From Octopus sinensis (Eukaryota), in NCBI RefSeq assembly GCF_006345805.1, contig NC_043001.1, positions 95,852,001 to 95,916,000 on the forward strand: a stretch of 64,000 nucleotides of DNA. The letters run 5' to 3'. Shown piece after piece: positions 12,041 through 27,143 of this stretch (its first letter is position 1; every line of letters begins with the position of its first letter). The notes under the pieces were generated by a model, which was not told where the DNA came from, searched no databases, and saw only the letters and a program-made list of their open reading frames with translations. The translations under genes and the position numbers were made by a program.

Positions 12041-13299
12041 ATATGTGTATATATATATATTCCCAAAAGAAGTCATCCGATTTTAAGCTGACAGCCTTCT
12101 ATTCAGAAACAACTTTCATGTATACTCCTAGTAGTTTTTATAATTTTCAGAATAGAACCTATTTAAGCAAATGTTTTAATTTATATTGAAGCCTTTCGCT
12201 AATCTTTGGGAAAAGCGGTATTTTAAAAAACAAAATAAAATTAAATTAATTTTTAGAAAAAACAGTAGAATTCACCTAATTTGTCAACTCTAGGAGCAAA
12301 CTGAATATGACGAACTAGGTAAAGTAACGAATTAAACAAAGACGAATGAGGCTAATTCTGCAGTATTAATGCTAACTAATAAATTTTACTTCATTTGTCA
12401 GATTAATATATCTTTTTTTTAATGTGGCAGAATTGACCGAGCATATGTTTGATTTGAAACCATTTAATGATTATTTTGCTGCACGCAATGCTTTTTTTCT
12501 TTTTGGTAATGGGATTTCAATTCATGTGAAAAAATCTTGTGACATATTATTTACAACTTCATATTTTATAGTTTGTGCTTGGTACAACTAACCAAAATGA
12601 CTATTTTAATCGTATACTACAAATGTCATGATACTAAAAAATATTTTTTGTTTAAATCTATTTTTTATTATTTTTCTGCTATGTTTTTAAAGATTTACTT
12701 TTTCTTAGATTCTCGTACTAAATAAAACAAATTGTCTAAAATTCACTTGTACTTTGATTTTTCAAATGTCATTCTCAGCTTCAATTCAGTAGAATTTTAA
12801 TTTTAGTTTCCTTTAGAGGTGACGAATTATGCAAATTCTCCTGTTAAAATCTTCTGCTGAACATTTCCAGGTGTAATAACTTAAGAATATTAGCATGCGT
12901 GCACCAGCATTTTTTATTCTAATCCACTTATTTCCAGACAATGCAATAGAACTAATAAATATTTTTCTTTTGAAAAATATCTGAATTATTTTTCATTGTT
13001 GCTTGAATAAAAATAAGAATATTTATTTTGTGTTTTTAATTTTCACACATAATTTCTTATATTCTAAAGTGAAGGAAAATTTAGCTGCACAGTGTTTCGT
13101 TTTATTAACTAATATAAAATGATCTTAAAATGCAAAAGTAGCCAATGCATCTACCGTAAGGCATGAGGAGCCACCTGCCCTTTGCAGTTTCAGAACAGCA
13201 TTATTAGAAACCTTCACGTCTGTCCATTGAAAGAAAGAAACAATGACAATGTTCTTTTCTACACTAAACACAAGGCCCAAACTGTTGGGGGAGGGGGAC

Positions 13300-13642
13300 A
13301 GCCAATTAGATCGATCCCAGTACGCAACGCATATTTCATTTGTCGACCCCGACGGGATAAAAGGCAAGGTCGACCTCAGCGGCATTTGAACTCAGAACGT
13401 AAAAAGAGAGACGGAGTACCTATTTCTTTACTACCCACAAGGGGCTAAACACAGAGAGGACAAACAATGACAGACAAACGGATTAAGTCGATATATATCG
13501 ACGCCAGTCCTTAATTTATCGACCCCGAAAGGATGAAAAGCAAAGCCGACCTCGGCCGAGTTTGAACTCAGAACGTAGCGGCAGATGAAATACGTCTACG
13601 CATTTTGCCCGGCGTGCTAACGTTTCTGTCATCTCGCCACCC
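13300..13642 (-). mobile_element. SINE family A: full copy (13421-13642) adjoining or nested in an older partial copy (13300-13420)
   Basis: Two successive CGACCCCG…GGAT(G/A)AAA…GCAA…CGACCTC…TTTGAACTCAGAACGT blocks. The inner copy carries the head and the CCCACAAGGGG tail. Confidence 0.8.
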
Positions 13643-16600
13643 TGAAATAATAACAATATTATATCATTAAGACTTGAGGTATAATTTTTATTTTAACCGA
13701 AGATTACATACGTGTGCTAAAATCTCATATTATAATCCAATTTTCACAAATCATTTTAAAACTGCAATTTCTATAAAGAAAATATAATCCACTCATTTTT
13801 TAAAATGCAAAAAAACCGATTCATCCACTATCTGGGAGGAGAAATTCAAAAGTTCTCACAAAGTTGGTTGCCGTAAAGCTTTGCTTTCGTTTGTTTAATA
13901 AAAAACACACCTCGTATAATGATTTTGTTTTAGATATGTATCATGAAAAAAAACGCCAATTTCTAAATCCTGTTTTCGGATTAGGTGAAAGTGATTAAAC
14001 GTTAAACCCAAGTAACATTTTTATGGAATAAGTATGTATGTATATGTATGTGTATGTGTGCGCGCGCGTGTGTGTGTGTCTGTGTGAGAATGTTTAGTTG
14101 CGATGGACAGTAGGAAAGAGTCCACTTCCCATCAATTATCATCAACTTACCCCTCTCCCATCAAAGTTACGTATTCATCACACGTGTGTGTTTGTGTACG
14201 TGTTTATGTGTGTATTTACGAAACCATGTACGCAGCGTCACGTGTATATAGCTGAAGTCTATTTCAGGTGTTATTTTATACCTTTTTGACCAACATAAGT
14301 TGAAACGTCAACCTATTTTCTAATGAACCAAACTTCAAATTTTTCAGCTCAAAATATAGATTAGTGGGTGATCAATTTAAAAATGTATAAACATAATCAA
14401 ATTTGGTGACAAATCCTAGAAGTGGTCGCGAGTGAGTAAATGTTGACTTCAACAATATTATTCGCACACTAAGGCGGCGAGCTAAGAGAAACGATTTCAT
14501 CATCCTCTTCTATGGTTTTATTGTTGCGTATATGGCTTATAAATACTCTATCGGGCAGTGCCTCAAGTTCTGACCTTTCCAATTTTCTGCTTTTTTTATT
14601 TTGTATTTGCAGAATGCTCATTTTCTCTTCCAGGTGATAAATAATGATCGTCGAGTCCTGCCGAAATTTCTTCCACTTTAATTTTAGTGGTTTGCCTTCT
14701 GCTCCAGGACGTCGTCGGTTATATCACCTCTTCCTTTTTTAAGGTCATTGTACATAAATCCTTTGCCGTTATTTCATCGGTGAATTGAGCTTCGATCGTG
14801 GCAGTCTTTCTTCCAAAGCCGACGTAACTTATTCTGTACCAGATTGGCGAAAAACATCTATCGCCTCACTTTACATGTCGTAATTGTCTTTTCTTTCATT
14901 CAGTACGTTTTCTACACTACAGTACACTACACTAAGAGTTAACAAATAAACAACAGTTCAATTCCAACATGTGCAACAATAACAATATAACATTAAATAT
15001 ATAACAAATTTTAACACACGAACATAAATGACAACCAAAAACATCTGGCACGAATCTCGTAGAGATGGTATTAGCTTGCTTCTGCTCACAAAACATATAT
15101 TTCATGCGAACACAGTCGCTGATTTTGCTGCAAGCAAAAATGCTAGTTCTTAAATCATTCTAAGAGAACGCAGTAGTTTAGTGACAAGTAATATTCGCAG
15201 TCATTTTAACATGGTTGTCCGTTCGAACGGATTTTACTGCTATTTTGTAACCCCAAGAAAATATCACCTCTAGCTGGTTAACGATGTACACCTACATCCT
15301 ATAAACTGCGAGCAGGGGGGCGTTGATCTCTTAAGGATATTTTAGAACAAGCAATTTTGCTTAGGTTTTGAATTTGCCTTCAGGCTTTACCAATGTTTTC
15401 GGCATTTGGCCCCAGTAGTTTTTATTTTAGCTATTCTCTTTTTAGATATAATTAGCACCATGGGATTCCTGCTGTCGAGATCTATCAGAAAAGTTAAATT
15501 TAAATATAGTTTTCTTTTGCAAGAATAATATTTTGAGTCAAAATCGATTTCAAGCGCTAAACTCGTTCTTTTTTTTTCGCCGGTTTTTACCTCGATACAT
15601 TTCTTCTACTGAATATTTTTGCACGTAATTAGCATGGATAGATTCATTTCGTCGCGATCTATCGTATCAGCTAAAATATAATATACATTTATTAATTTTT
15701 TTAAATACTTGTTGTCAAAGTCGATTTCTGGTGTTATTCTGTTTGTGACTTCACATATTTGACTGAAACTTTTTTCTACTGAACCAATTTTCAAATTCTA
15801 CTAAAATTATGGTCCAACACATATGAAACACTAAACTACTTCTCCAATATACAGAACACGAGGAACAACAAATTCATACAGATAGTCCTAGTAGATTACG
15901 ATTCCTCAATTAACACTTTTATTTTTCCTATATTTTCTTCTTGCATATAATTTCTGTTACTGTATACCTTTTACCAAAGACTGTACCTACGCAGGTAATC
16001 ACCACGAGCGTCTGTGGAATTAATCATCCCTTTTTACACACCTCTAACATATACCTATATATACCTATATATATATATATATATATATTTATATACATGT
16101 ATGAATAACGAGGCTCGTATCCGTTTCCTTCTGTTTCCGATTAATTTTTAAATAAATTTAACGAGAAAGAAATGTTGAGCAATGAAACGCATGTCTTCTT
16201 TTCCACGCAAAACCTTCTCGAAAATAAATTACCTATGAACAGGATATATAAAGAAACATTTAACAGGATATATAAGCCAAACAATACTATTTCTTCCGTT
16301 TCACGACTGTCATTATCTATGTACGAATTTATATTTATAATCCATAATTCTATAATTCTACTTTCATATTCTTTTCATTTCTGTTTTATATGAAAATAGT
16401 AATTTCTATTAGGCGAAACCAACAGTTTTTGTAGAAGTGGAGAAATTATAGTCGATTATATTGGGGTATTAAAGACAAAAACCTGAATAAGCTAAATATG
16501 CTTAATCAGTAATTCTTTTCCCTGCTTAAATATAACACTTATAGCATTTAAATGGGTTACAAATGATTCTCTGAAGTATTATTTACACATGTTTGCTATT

Positions 16601-17314
16601 TAAAAAATGTTGAAATATATTTTGCATAAAAATATAGATTTCCGTTTGAAAGTTGATAACATATTTCCTGGTAAATGGAAAACAAATTAGGAAATAACAA
16701 GCCAGAAATCCTTAAAAAATACAATAGGAAACAACAAGTAACCATCGATAAATATTGAAACAAATATTGGAATGAACGTGTAAGATTAATAACACGAAAG
16801 TCGATAGCTCAGAAATCAGTTACGCTTGTATTTGAAATGAAATTCCGTGACTGAAATTAAAGAAATTGCAAAAATTAAAGTAAAAAATTATCATAAATAT
16901 GGTTGAATAATTTATTCTTTTGAAGGAAATATACTAAAGTAATATCAGAAAAATTGGGTTATTATTTCTTTTCTTTTTGTTTTGTGATAGCTATAGAATA
17001 ATAGTCACGCGATTAATATCAGCCATTTTCGTGATCAAATATAGCGAGAAATGATTGTAAAATTATTGCATCAGAAGGATTGCGCAGTGTCAGCAACATT
17101 GCAGATTGAAACTTAATTGGATCCGTATTTCATATCGCTGATCTCGTTATAAATTCTGGCATATCTTTGATGATTCTAACTATTACTACTAATTGGCAGG
17201 ACAAAGAACTTTCTATAAACTCCAAATGTTTTATCTCGAAAAACAAAAATGGTTCTTAGCATTTCAACTACATTCCTCTATTTTTCATTATTATTATTAC
17301 TATTATTATTATTA

Positions 17315-17346
<32 letters not shown>

Positions 17347-17949
17347 TATTATTATGATTATTATTATTATTATTATTATTGTTATCATCTAAGAAGCGGG
17401 GTAAAGGAGATCAAAATTTTGGATAATTACAAGTAATTACTTATGGAATATTTCGCTTCGCTTTAAAGGAAAAAAAAATCGAAACACTAGAGTTGTAGAT
17501 TTCTCTTTCACTATTTTGAAGGAAAAATTTGATGGAAATACCTCGGGTGTTCTCCATACTTGATATGACTCCTAGTTCTGGTAGTAATTAATGTATTTGA
17601 AAAATAATCATTAGCTTAAATCATCAGTACACTCAATATGAAACGCATGTCTCTATTAGAGCAGAACACTTGAAACAAAAATATAAAAGAGAAAACTGAC
17701 GGCGGCTGACATAGTATTAAGTAAAGAAAAGTGTTGGAAATAATGGTTATGTATAGAAATTTTAAAACCACCAGAGTTGAGATGGATGCGTTGCTGACTA
17801 ATGGTTTATTGCACAACGACGTGATTCCTGATTCAATCCCAGTGCATGGTACCCAAGTCAAGTGTCTCCTAGCTCAAGGCCGACCAAGCAATTGTGATTT
17901 GTTTTGTTTGAAAGCAACTAAAAGTAGCTTATATGTATTAGTATATGTG

Positions 17950-18170
17950 TAAGTGTGTGTGTGTGTGTGCGTATATTTGAATCTGTCTTTGTCTCCTCAC
18001 CGCTTGAAAACGGGTATAAATTTGTTTACATCCACCGCACTCTGTGGTTAGACTACGATGAACCGCAGCATAAGTACCAGGTTTTACAAAATATTAGCTA
18101 GGGGTCAACTACACCGCTTTAGCGCGGTACGCCTCTTCGAAACGGTATGCGGTCCAATGGTTGAAACAGC
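17950..18170 (+). mobile_element. Degenerate 3' half of SINE family B
   Basis: CACCGCTTGAAAACGG…ATAAGTACCAGG…GCGGTCCAATGGTTGAAACA aligns by eye with 19050-19230. Confidence 0.55.
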
Positions 18171-18837
18171 AAAATTATGATACAAATTGTTCGAATGATA
18201 CAAATTGTTCGAGCCATATTCACTGTGCAGACAAAGCGAAATTACATTTAAACATCGTTTATATCAAAAGGTTGCCTTCATGGGTCCTTTTTATATGAAA
18301 TTGTTTTGTTCAGGAAATACATAAAAATGCACTGCAAAATTTACCATCCAACGCAATCATCTGTGTGTCAAAGGCATTTTAAATATTAATGCATATTCCT
18401 TTGCCTTGTTAATTCTCAGGTTATACTCGACTGAGTAGTACTAAGTCGGAGCTTATTCAAGTAGGGAGCGTATCAGATTCTGCATCCTCTTTTACGCATG
18501 TAAACAGGCAAATAACACTTTGGGAATGATTGGACAAGGCGTAGACATACTAAATGGTTTTATTATAAACATTCGAATTTTTATTATTCTTGTTTTTTTA
18601 ATATAACAAAAATAAAATATATATCCTTTTAATTTACTTGTTATGAAAGAAATGTGGACCGTTGTTATGTTTGGAAATAATTCGGTCAACTTACATATTC
18701 TCAAAACAGCCATCAGAATAAGTATATATATATATATAAAGGTGCGTCTGTGTGGTAAACATATATTTAATAACAGTACATTAAATATAATGCACATATT
18801 GAAGTACGTGAAAGTAATAATATGGATCATTTATATG

Positions 18838-19235
18838 AATCGTTCCGGGTTCAGTCACAATGCGTGGCTCCTTGGGCAAGTGACTACCACTACAGACTCG
18901 TGCCGAACACAGATTTCTGAGTGGATTGGGTAGACAAAAACTGAAAGTATCCCGTCGTATATATGTATATATGCGTGTCTGTCTGTTTATCTGTGTATGT
19001 GTATGTGTGCGTGTGTGTATTTGTGCATTTTTGATTGTAATTGTCCCCCCACAATCGCTTGAGAACCGATGTTGGTGTGCTTATTTCCCCGTAACTTAGT
19101 ATTTCGGCAACAGATACCGCTATGGTAAGTACTAGATTTACCAAGAATAAGTCCGGGTGTCGGTTTGTTCTACTAGAAGGCAGTGCTCCAGTACGGCCGC
19201 AGTAAAATGACTGGAACAAATAAAAGAATATAAAT
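18838..19235 (+). mobile_element. SINE family B (tRNA-like head, internal (TA)(TG)n, 3' domain)
   Basis: GTTCCGGGTTCAGTC B-box-like head, then CTTGGGCAAGTG…CCCCGTAACTTAG…GTGCTCCAGTACGGCCGCAGT…AAAGAATA. The same family lies on the minus strand at 44015-44130 and 51868-52238. Confidence 0.8.
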
Positions 19236-21121
19236 AGAAATGTGTGTGTGCGTGTGTTTATGTCTGTGTGTGTGCCTCTGTGTGTGTCTCTGTGTGTACA
19301 TATATACACACTTACGTAAAAGAGGATGCAAAATGTGATACGCTCCCTACTAGAATAAGCTTCGACATAGTACTATTCAGTCCAGTATAACCTGAGAATT
19401 AACAAGACAGATGATTGCGTTGAATGGTAACTTTTGCAGTGTATTTTAATGTATTTCCTGTATATATCGATATGAACTTATACAATTGCCGGTACCATTT
19501 CCAAACAAACAAACAAAACTAAGAAAGGTGTGAATGATTATATGCAACCTAAGTCTGAAAAGACATCATCAACCTCGGTCGTCGTACAAATAAAACAACT
19601 AGTACAACATAATTTGAATGCCTTCTGAGAAAGTATTAAATATTTCATGGTTATATGCGGGATAATAGAGAATGTTGAGCAAATTTCCCGTCGAATTAAG
19701 TCTAAGCTTCTATTTATTTACTATTTCTTTAGAACCATCCTCATCTCTAAACAAATATTTTGTTCACGATTGACAACAAGTCAGTTATCTATGGAATTTT
19801 AGTGGTTGTTATAACTATTAATAATTTGTATTTTTCATATATTTTTCCGTATCAATTTTTAAAATAATCTGTCATTTTTCTAATATTATTTTCTTTGATG
19901 ATTCCTTTTCAAATCCCAATTAATTTTGAATCAAATAACGAAGAATATATCATTTAAGAGATAATTGAAACATAATAAATAAATGCTCTATAGAATTACT
20001 CACACGCACTTCACTATGTGTATTATGTTTAATGTATATTTATTAAACTGGCTTGTAGATCATAGTGTGCCATCATTAGTAGCATATCACTTGAACTTGC
20101 TTAATATTTACGAACACTAAAGTAGTGAGGGAGATGAGTTAATTATCACTTAAAGATTTACGTTCATGTCAATGAGTACTGTACAAAACGTTACACATCA
20201 ACTCTATTCACGGAAATTACCTGGAAAATGCACAACGTGCATCTCAGGAGAGAGACATATATTGATTTCAAAGAAGTACAAAAGTCCTGTCTGTTTCAAA
20301 GTAGGATGCTCTGACTTCAGTGCCCTTGTGATAACGATCCAGAAACATCGAATGCCCTGTGAGTGTCCCCTAATGGGAAAGTGTCTAGGCCCATAATCAC
20401 AGCCATCTTTATCTCCTTTTGTTTGGGGAACAATCAAAAGTTACAGGTAACAAAATCTTCACTGTTTCGGGCAAACAACAGTTTTAGCGCTCATCTCTGT
20501 CAAGTCGTTGATGACCAGAATAGAATTGTGGACGGTTTCATTATCAGGATGCAGCTTGTCTACCCTTTTGCGAGGAAATCTCTTCACAAACTCCCCTAAA
20601 AGCTCAACAACATACTCAGTAGGTGTAACTGATGCAGTTGCTATCTAAAAATGTGATTATCATGAGCTTACAGATGTGTTTCCTTTGCCTCACCTCGGAC
20701 GTGTAGCGGTAGCTAAATAGTTGAGTGATCTCCCTTGCAAGAAAGATTACAGAATAACCTCCCTTTCTAAGTTTCTCAAAGTATCTGTATCATGGGACGT
20801 GATTCTTAATTATTCAAGACGCTTAGCGTTTCTCTTGGAATTTTCTAGAATGTCTAGCGTTCCGTTAATAAAACAGCTTGTTAACACTGCACTTCGCTTC
20901 TTAGTCAATTATAATTAGAGCCATTCAAGTCATTGCAATGTGCTTCTTTTACTGAAAACCACCACTTAGCTGCTTTTTCTACATTTTCTATCTCTGATCT
21001 TTCTTCCATAGATTACTTAATTCAACTAGATTCTACATTTTGATTATGTACCATCATCGACCAGTAAATTAATATATTTTCATGTAGTAAATATCTAGTT
21101 CTTAAATATATTCTTCATCTC

Positions 21122-21352
21122 TTATTTATTTACTGCCCACAAGGGGCTACACATAGGGCACAAACAAGGACAGACAAACGCATTAAGTCGATTATATCGA
21201 CCCCAGTGCGTAACTGGTACTTATTTAATCGACCCCGAAAGGATGAAAGGCAAAGTCGACCTCGGTGGAATTTGACCTCAGAACTTAGCGGCAGACAAGA
21301 TACCGCTAAGCATTTCGCCTGGCGTGCTAATGTTTCTGCCAGCTCTTCACCC
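21122..21352 (-). mobile_element. SINE family A, full-length
   Basis: Minus strand: GAGCTGGCAGAAACATTAGCACGCC…GTTCTGAGGTCAAATTCC (B box)…GCCTTTCATCCTTTCGGGGTCGATTAAATAAGTACCAG…CCCCTTGTGGGCAGTAAATAAATA. Confidence 0.88.
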
Positions 21353-21856
21353 TTCTTCATCACTATATGGACTCTTAATATACACACAGCCACATCAACA
21401 CCAGGTAATGACTATATATAGCCACTACAGACTTATTGAAATGATTCCATGATCAGTGTGAAGTATTTCGTAACTTTCTTTAGGGACTATGACCAACTTG
21501 ATGCACACCGAGCATCTAAATTTTCTTCACGTCGCGACTGCATTTTACAAACTAGTCAACATTGGTAAGCACTGTTTTTCAGGGTGTCTTCAAAGCGCCG
21601 TTACATTTGTCTCTTTCAATTTGGAGTAGATCATAAAACATGATAGGTCAGCTTATTAGATGTAGAGTAATGATATACTAAAATTAAAATAATTTTTGAG
21701 TGTTAGAACTGTCACCTGTACAAAGAAGTCTCGAAAGCAACTTATTTGTTAACTGCTTCAGTTTCTGAGATATCTTAGATGAGATATATAAGATATATAA
21801 TTATTATTATTATAAGATATATAATTATCATAATAATTATGATTAATTATTATTAT

Positions 21857-21987
21857 AGAGCAGTGCGTGCCATGAAAGTGACACTGGTGTAAAATATACA
21901 AAGTTCTAAATACCCATTATGACTACCTCTCTGATAAAGTTACACCAGACATCACAACCACATATGCGAGACATGATCTCATATAAA
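21857..21987. mobile_element. Truncated copy of a TAA-associated non-coding element X
   Basis: Aligns with 26686-26830 (AGAGCAGTGC.TGCCAT.AAAGTGACACTGG…ATGACTACC…CTGATAA). Abuts TTA repeats. Confidence 0.75.
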
Positions 21988-22043
21988 GGTATTGTTGTTG
22001 TTGTTGTTGTTAGTATATTATTATTATTATTATTATTATTAGC

Positions 22044-22074
<31 letters not shown>

Positions 22075-22077
22075 AGG

Positions 22078-22146
<69 letters not shown>

Positions 22147-22167
22147 ATCATCATCATCATTATTAAT

Positions 22168-25100
22168 ATATGTTTGATTTTGGCTTTGTATTTGTAAGTT
22201 AACTCCAAGTCTCATCCAGAGACCTCAAGAGACAAGTCAGAACTTGGTGTTAAGCCTAGGGTATCGTTTATTAGTATTGTTCCAGAGAATGTGTAAGAAA
22301 ACAAAATTGTTGTGTTGAAATGTGAGTTGACATAGACAGTGTTTTACGTAGGATATTTTGGAGTTTCGTGGCATCAACGCTAGATAAGAATCAGCCCCTT
22401 TTACTCTCATTCCTAGGAAACACATGACAATACGTATTGTTTTAGTCTTGAGGTTCTACATTTTGCCAATTTCTATTTCAAAATATACCTGCTGAGTTTT
22501 TGGTAGGTGATGACAGATATATTTACGTCGATTGGGACAGACGTATCAATGAGGAGGCATGATTTTTGTCTGAAGCCCTTCAATATAATCCCAGGCCTAT
22601 TCGCTTTTATCTTTCTGTCAGTTTTAACGGTGAGATGTTATCAGTTTCAAACAGTAGAGATGGTTTGTGTTCCCATAGGTTTTTATAACGTAGCATATCC
22701 AGGTTTTAGCAAATTACCCAGCAAATATACACTGCTGCTCTATCATGGCTATTGAGATACTCTGTAGACGCAAGGAAGCTGCACATGGAGACAACATGAT
22801 CAATGGTTTCATTTTCTTGTTTACATACATGACATGTTGGATTACTGCCGCTCCTTAATATGTTCGCTTGGTAGTTCCTTGTAGGTTGGCACTGATCATG
22901 GGCTGCTATGGTACACCCTTCTGTCTCTGAGTTTAAACCAAATGCACTAACCATTGATAGGTAAGGGCTTTGTCAACATCGACATTTTTGGCCCTTTGTA
23001 GGTATTTGCCATAAAGGTTTTTTCTTGCCATTTATCAGTAAGAATATCTAAGGCAATACTTTTTAGCACAGGTTTGCATACGCTTAGCTTTTTCTGTGCT
23101 GTTTTCCAGTATGTCTAGTTGTTGGATTTGTGGTATCTGGAATTCAATTGGGTATCCCTTTCGGCGTTGTGTTACTGAGTATGATGCGTTCTTGTTTTCA
23201 TGCTTTAAGACAAGTTTTTACATCCAGTAATCAGAGTTTTTCAGATAGTTGCTTAGGCCAATTGTCGCAATCGTCATTATTATTTGAATTTGTAAATGTC
23301 TACGGCCACCCTCTTTTTTTGGAAGGTAAAATCATTCTATATCTACCTTAGAGTGGGGCATTCTATTCATTGTCAACAATTTTCGTATTTCCCTGTCAAC
23401 ATTACATATTTCAGTAATGGACCAGTTAATGATATTGAAATTATAGGTCACGACCAGTATGGCAAAGTTATTGATAGGTTCGATCTTGTTTCTTGCATCT
23501 AGCCCTGCGATAACATTCTCTTCTGAACCTTTCCCTCATCCTTGAATGTTTGATCCCATTACATTCAAATACCCCTATGTGTCTGTAGCTTTCCGCGGGT
23601 TCTAAATCATTCTGCTGGTCAAGATTAATCTTGGATGCTTCTGACATTTTCCTTTGATAAAGGTAGTTTTTGCACATTTATCGAGGCCAGATTGCAGTCT
23701 TATGTCATCACATGTTTAACAATTGCTAGGAAACGTTGTAGTTCTTCGTCGTATTTTGCAAAGAGCTTTAAATTATCCATCTAAAAGAGACACTTTAAAT
23801 TTTTATCATATATTTTACAGCGATATTGTATATCATTGTGCAATTTCGAGTGAGCTATTAAGGCTAAACAAAAGAGTAGTTGTGATAGAAAGTCACCCTG
23901 GAAAATGCCACATGAAATTCTTACATCTACAGCATTGTCACTGTTCTAAGTCGGTGTGGTTCTTCTTGGTTTCATACTGACAGACAAGAAGTTCCGGAAA
24001 GTAGGTGGTATTTTATACATTTCCAGACATTTCCAGCTATGTGATCGACTATCAAATGCTTTTTGTATAGTGTACCAAGTCTATTCATAAGTTGTGTCGT
24101 TTGTGACAATCTTCCAAATTCATTTTATTGATGAGTAGCTGATCTTTACAACCATAGGACCCACATTTATATCATATTTGCTCATTAAAAAAGCTATAGT
24201 TGTATTCATTCAAGACAGTTGCTTAATTTGTTTCTTCATTTTTGGAAAGTAGGAATATTAGTCCATTAGCTAGTCAAGAGGGAATCATACTAGTTTGTTG
24301 CAAAACATTGTTGTACAGTTTTGTTAGCAGTTCATGACTCTCTTGGAATGCATTCAACCAGAAGTCAAGAATTCTATCCTTTCCTGAAGACCTCCATTTG
24401 CTTCATTTCATGAGAGCAGATCTTATATCCTCTACCTTGATACCCTCCCACATTGGCTTTTCTAAGTAGTCTAAGTCAGTAGATATTCTATCAATCGAAG
24501 GGAACGTTTTTGTGTGTCTTTTCCTCCGTCCAAATTTTATTCCAAAATTCCTTCACTTCTACTTTTGAAGGGACAGACTTTACTCTAACTGATATTTTCC
24601 TTATCTGCCTGTAAAAGGTTTTTGAAGAATCTAAAGCGTTTTTTCATATATTGCTATGCGGGCAGCTTTAGCACACCTTTTGCTTGATAGGTTCTATGCT
24701 GGTTTCGATGTGAACTATGGTTTTCATATTATATTTTTTCTTTAATTTTCGGATTTTTGTTGGTTTAATTGTCTTGTCAAACTTAAGGTTTTTAGACCCT
24801 CTATGCCAGACCTAAGTAGCTGAATTTTGTTGAATACGCTCTCACCAAGTAGGGCTTTCGTGCAAATGTTGTTTTCTAATCTTTTCACCACATAGAACCG
24901 TTTACATATTCGCGGATGCCTAATATAGGTGGTTGAGATCAGTAATATCGACATCATTAGCTGAAATAACATCCATAAATACATGGTGGATTTCAGAAAT
25001 TACTTTCAGATTTTGGTTTGAGTTTCGAATATTTGGGAGCGTGTCACGTTCGTTCATACTGGTCTCTTTACTTTTCAGCCATTCAATCATAATTTGAAGT

Positions 25101-25700
25101 TTTAGATGATCTAGTTCAGTTGCATGAATTTCTGTGTAACTTTCTTCATCTATCTGATTTTCATCTGCCTTGGTGCTTATGGTTGGTAATTTGTTTGTCA
25201 TAATGTTCCTTCTGACGTTGGCAAGTTTGTTACTTTTTATGTAGGGTCTTCAAGGTGCTTCTGACTTAAGTTTAGGTAGGTTTGCTCAGTATTAGATATA
25301 TCATGTATGAGAGAAAGCCTTAAGAACATATTTCTTATCTTCCCTAGATAATTTTTTAATTCTTTTTCTTTTGGTTATTTGATGACGAGCATATATAGCC
25401 ATCTGTTGGAATATTCCGTTTGTGGGGTACTTCCAGCTCCAGTGCTTCGGGAAGATTCGAACCAGTAGTTGCGTTTTCGTATCCAGGGTGGTCTCTCAAT
25501 GGTGTACAGGACCCTTGTTTATCGCGTGACGGCTGATCTGCTTTGTATTTTACTTTATTATCATCGAGACATTAGAAGACGGGTCTATCTGCTTACGGTT
25601 AAGCTTTTGTGACAACACCGCCTCCGACTCCTCTGAAAGAAAACATTGTTCGCAACGCAGCTTCATAAGGCTTCGTATTCGTCTGTATTCGTCTGTATTC
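22168..25700 (-). mobile_element. Near-full-length but heavily decayed R4/Dong subfamily A element
   Basis: 3' UTR matches 151-300. ORFs 22706-22954 (CHVCKQENETIDHVVSMCSFLASTEYLNSHDRAAVYICW) and 23468-23677 (GVFECNGIKHSRMRERFRRECYRR). RT N-terminal remnant near 24390 (SSGKDRILDFWLNAF). N-terminal ORFs 24742-25201. The 5' limit is uncertain. Confidence 0.8.
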
Positions 25701-26180
25701 TTTTTTGTCGACAGATTTAGCTTCGGGCAATTTTTATGGGGGTTTGTAATCTTATGATTGTTTACTCTGTCTTTGTTGGTTCGAAAGATAGAAAAAATAA
25801 AAATTTATTTAGTTATTTTTTCACTTCGGTTGAGACATGTACTTTAATTTGCGTATATATGTGTCCTGTAAATTCCACGTAGTTGTGTAAATATTGGGAC
25901 GGGGTTATTTCTAATTGTATTATTGTCATTATTTCAGGCATAATTTATCTTGAACATCATAATCCCCACATGAATTTCTCTTTTGTATATACAGCCAACG
26001 ATTCTAGTCAACGCACAAGCAGCCATTATGTTCCCCACCACAAAACATCACCACGTGGACTCTGTTGAAATTAGTAAGAAACAATTATGAACTTTTTTAT
26101 TACACTTAACTTTTAAGAAAATTTTTTAAAATATTTTTTATAAAAATATACCCACTCGTATGCCACCTACACTTTTTATA

Positions 26181-26244
<64 letters not shown>

Positions 26245-26487
26245 TCATCTTACTAAGCGAAAATGCCTCACGCTTTGAAGTCATACTAATTAAATAAATA
26301 TACACGGCACCGAAAGCGTAGGAATGCAACTTGGAAGCAAACGTTTAGAAAAAGATTTAGTCGCAAATCATTACTGAGACGTGGTTGACATAACACACTT
26401 TCGAATCATCAGATCTTTGTATTTTGAACGTTTCTCCGTTTCTTTAGACAAATATTGTCACCTGTAGTTGTTGTTGTTGTTGTTGTT

Positions 26488-26538
<51 letters not shown>

Positions 26539-26551
26539 GTTGTTATTATTA

Positions 26552-26592
<41 letters not shown>

Positions 26593-26617
26593 GTTGTTGT
26601 TGTTGTTGTTGTTATTA

Positions 26618-26651
<34 letters not shown>

Positions 26652-26679
26652 CATTATTATTATTATTATTATTATTATT

Positions 26680-27143
26680 GAGTGAGAGAGCAGTGCATGC
26701 CATCAAAGTGACACTGGGGTAAAAATATACGAAGCCCAATATACCCATCATGACTACCCGTCTGATAAGGGTACACTAGACACATGCATCACAACCATAT
26801 GTGCGCGATATGGTGATCTCATATCAATATAAACAGCACATGACCTTGCAGGTGGGGCCCAGTTAGAATTTTCTTCTGGTCGAGTGACCCATCCCGCTAA
26901 TTAGGTCCCTGAATAAGTGTTGTTTAAGGATGTTGAACAAAACACCCATGTTTCCAGTGGTGAATTATTCAAACCCCAAAGAATCCCTCTCAACATATGG
27001 CTATGATGCTCCTCCACTACTTCTGTTCATGATCAGAGATGCACATATCTTCAGCCACTAAGGAGCATGCTCAACTGGTTAAGGTCAAACAACTGACGAG
27101 CAAATCTGTGGTATTGAGCACAATATTTGCTGTAGCCCGTCTT
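26680..27143. mobile_element. Non-coding element X (~460 bp) beside a long (TTA/TTG)n array
   Basis: Longer copy of 21857-21987. No ORF or obvious pol III boxes. Left end joined directly to (TTA)n. Confidence 0.75.

Noticed and set aside
14640-14890. Possible RTE RT C-terminal remnant on the minus strand (ERLPRSKL…KRKR)
   Set aside because: Too degenerate to support by eye.
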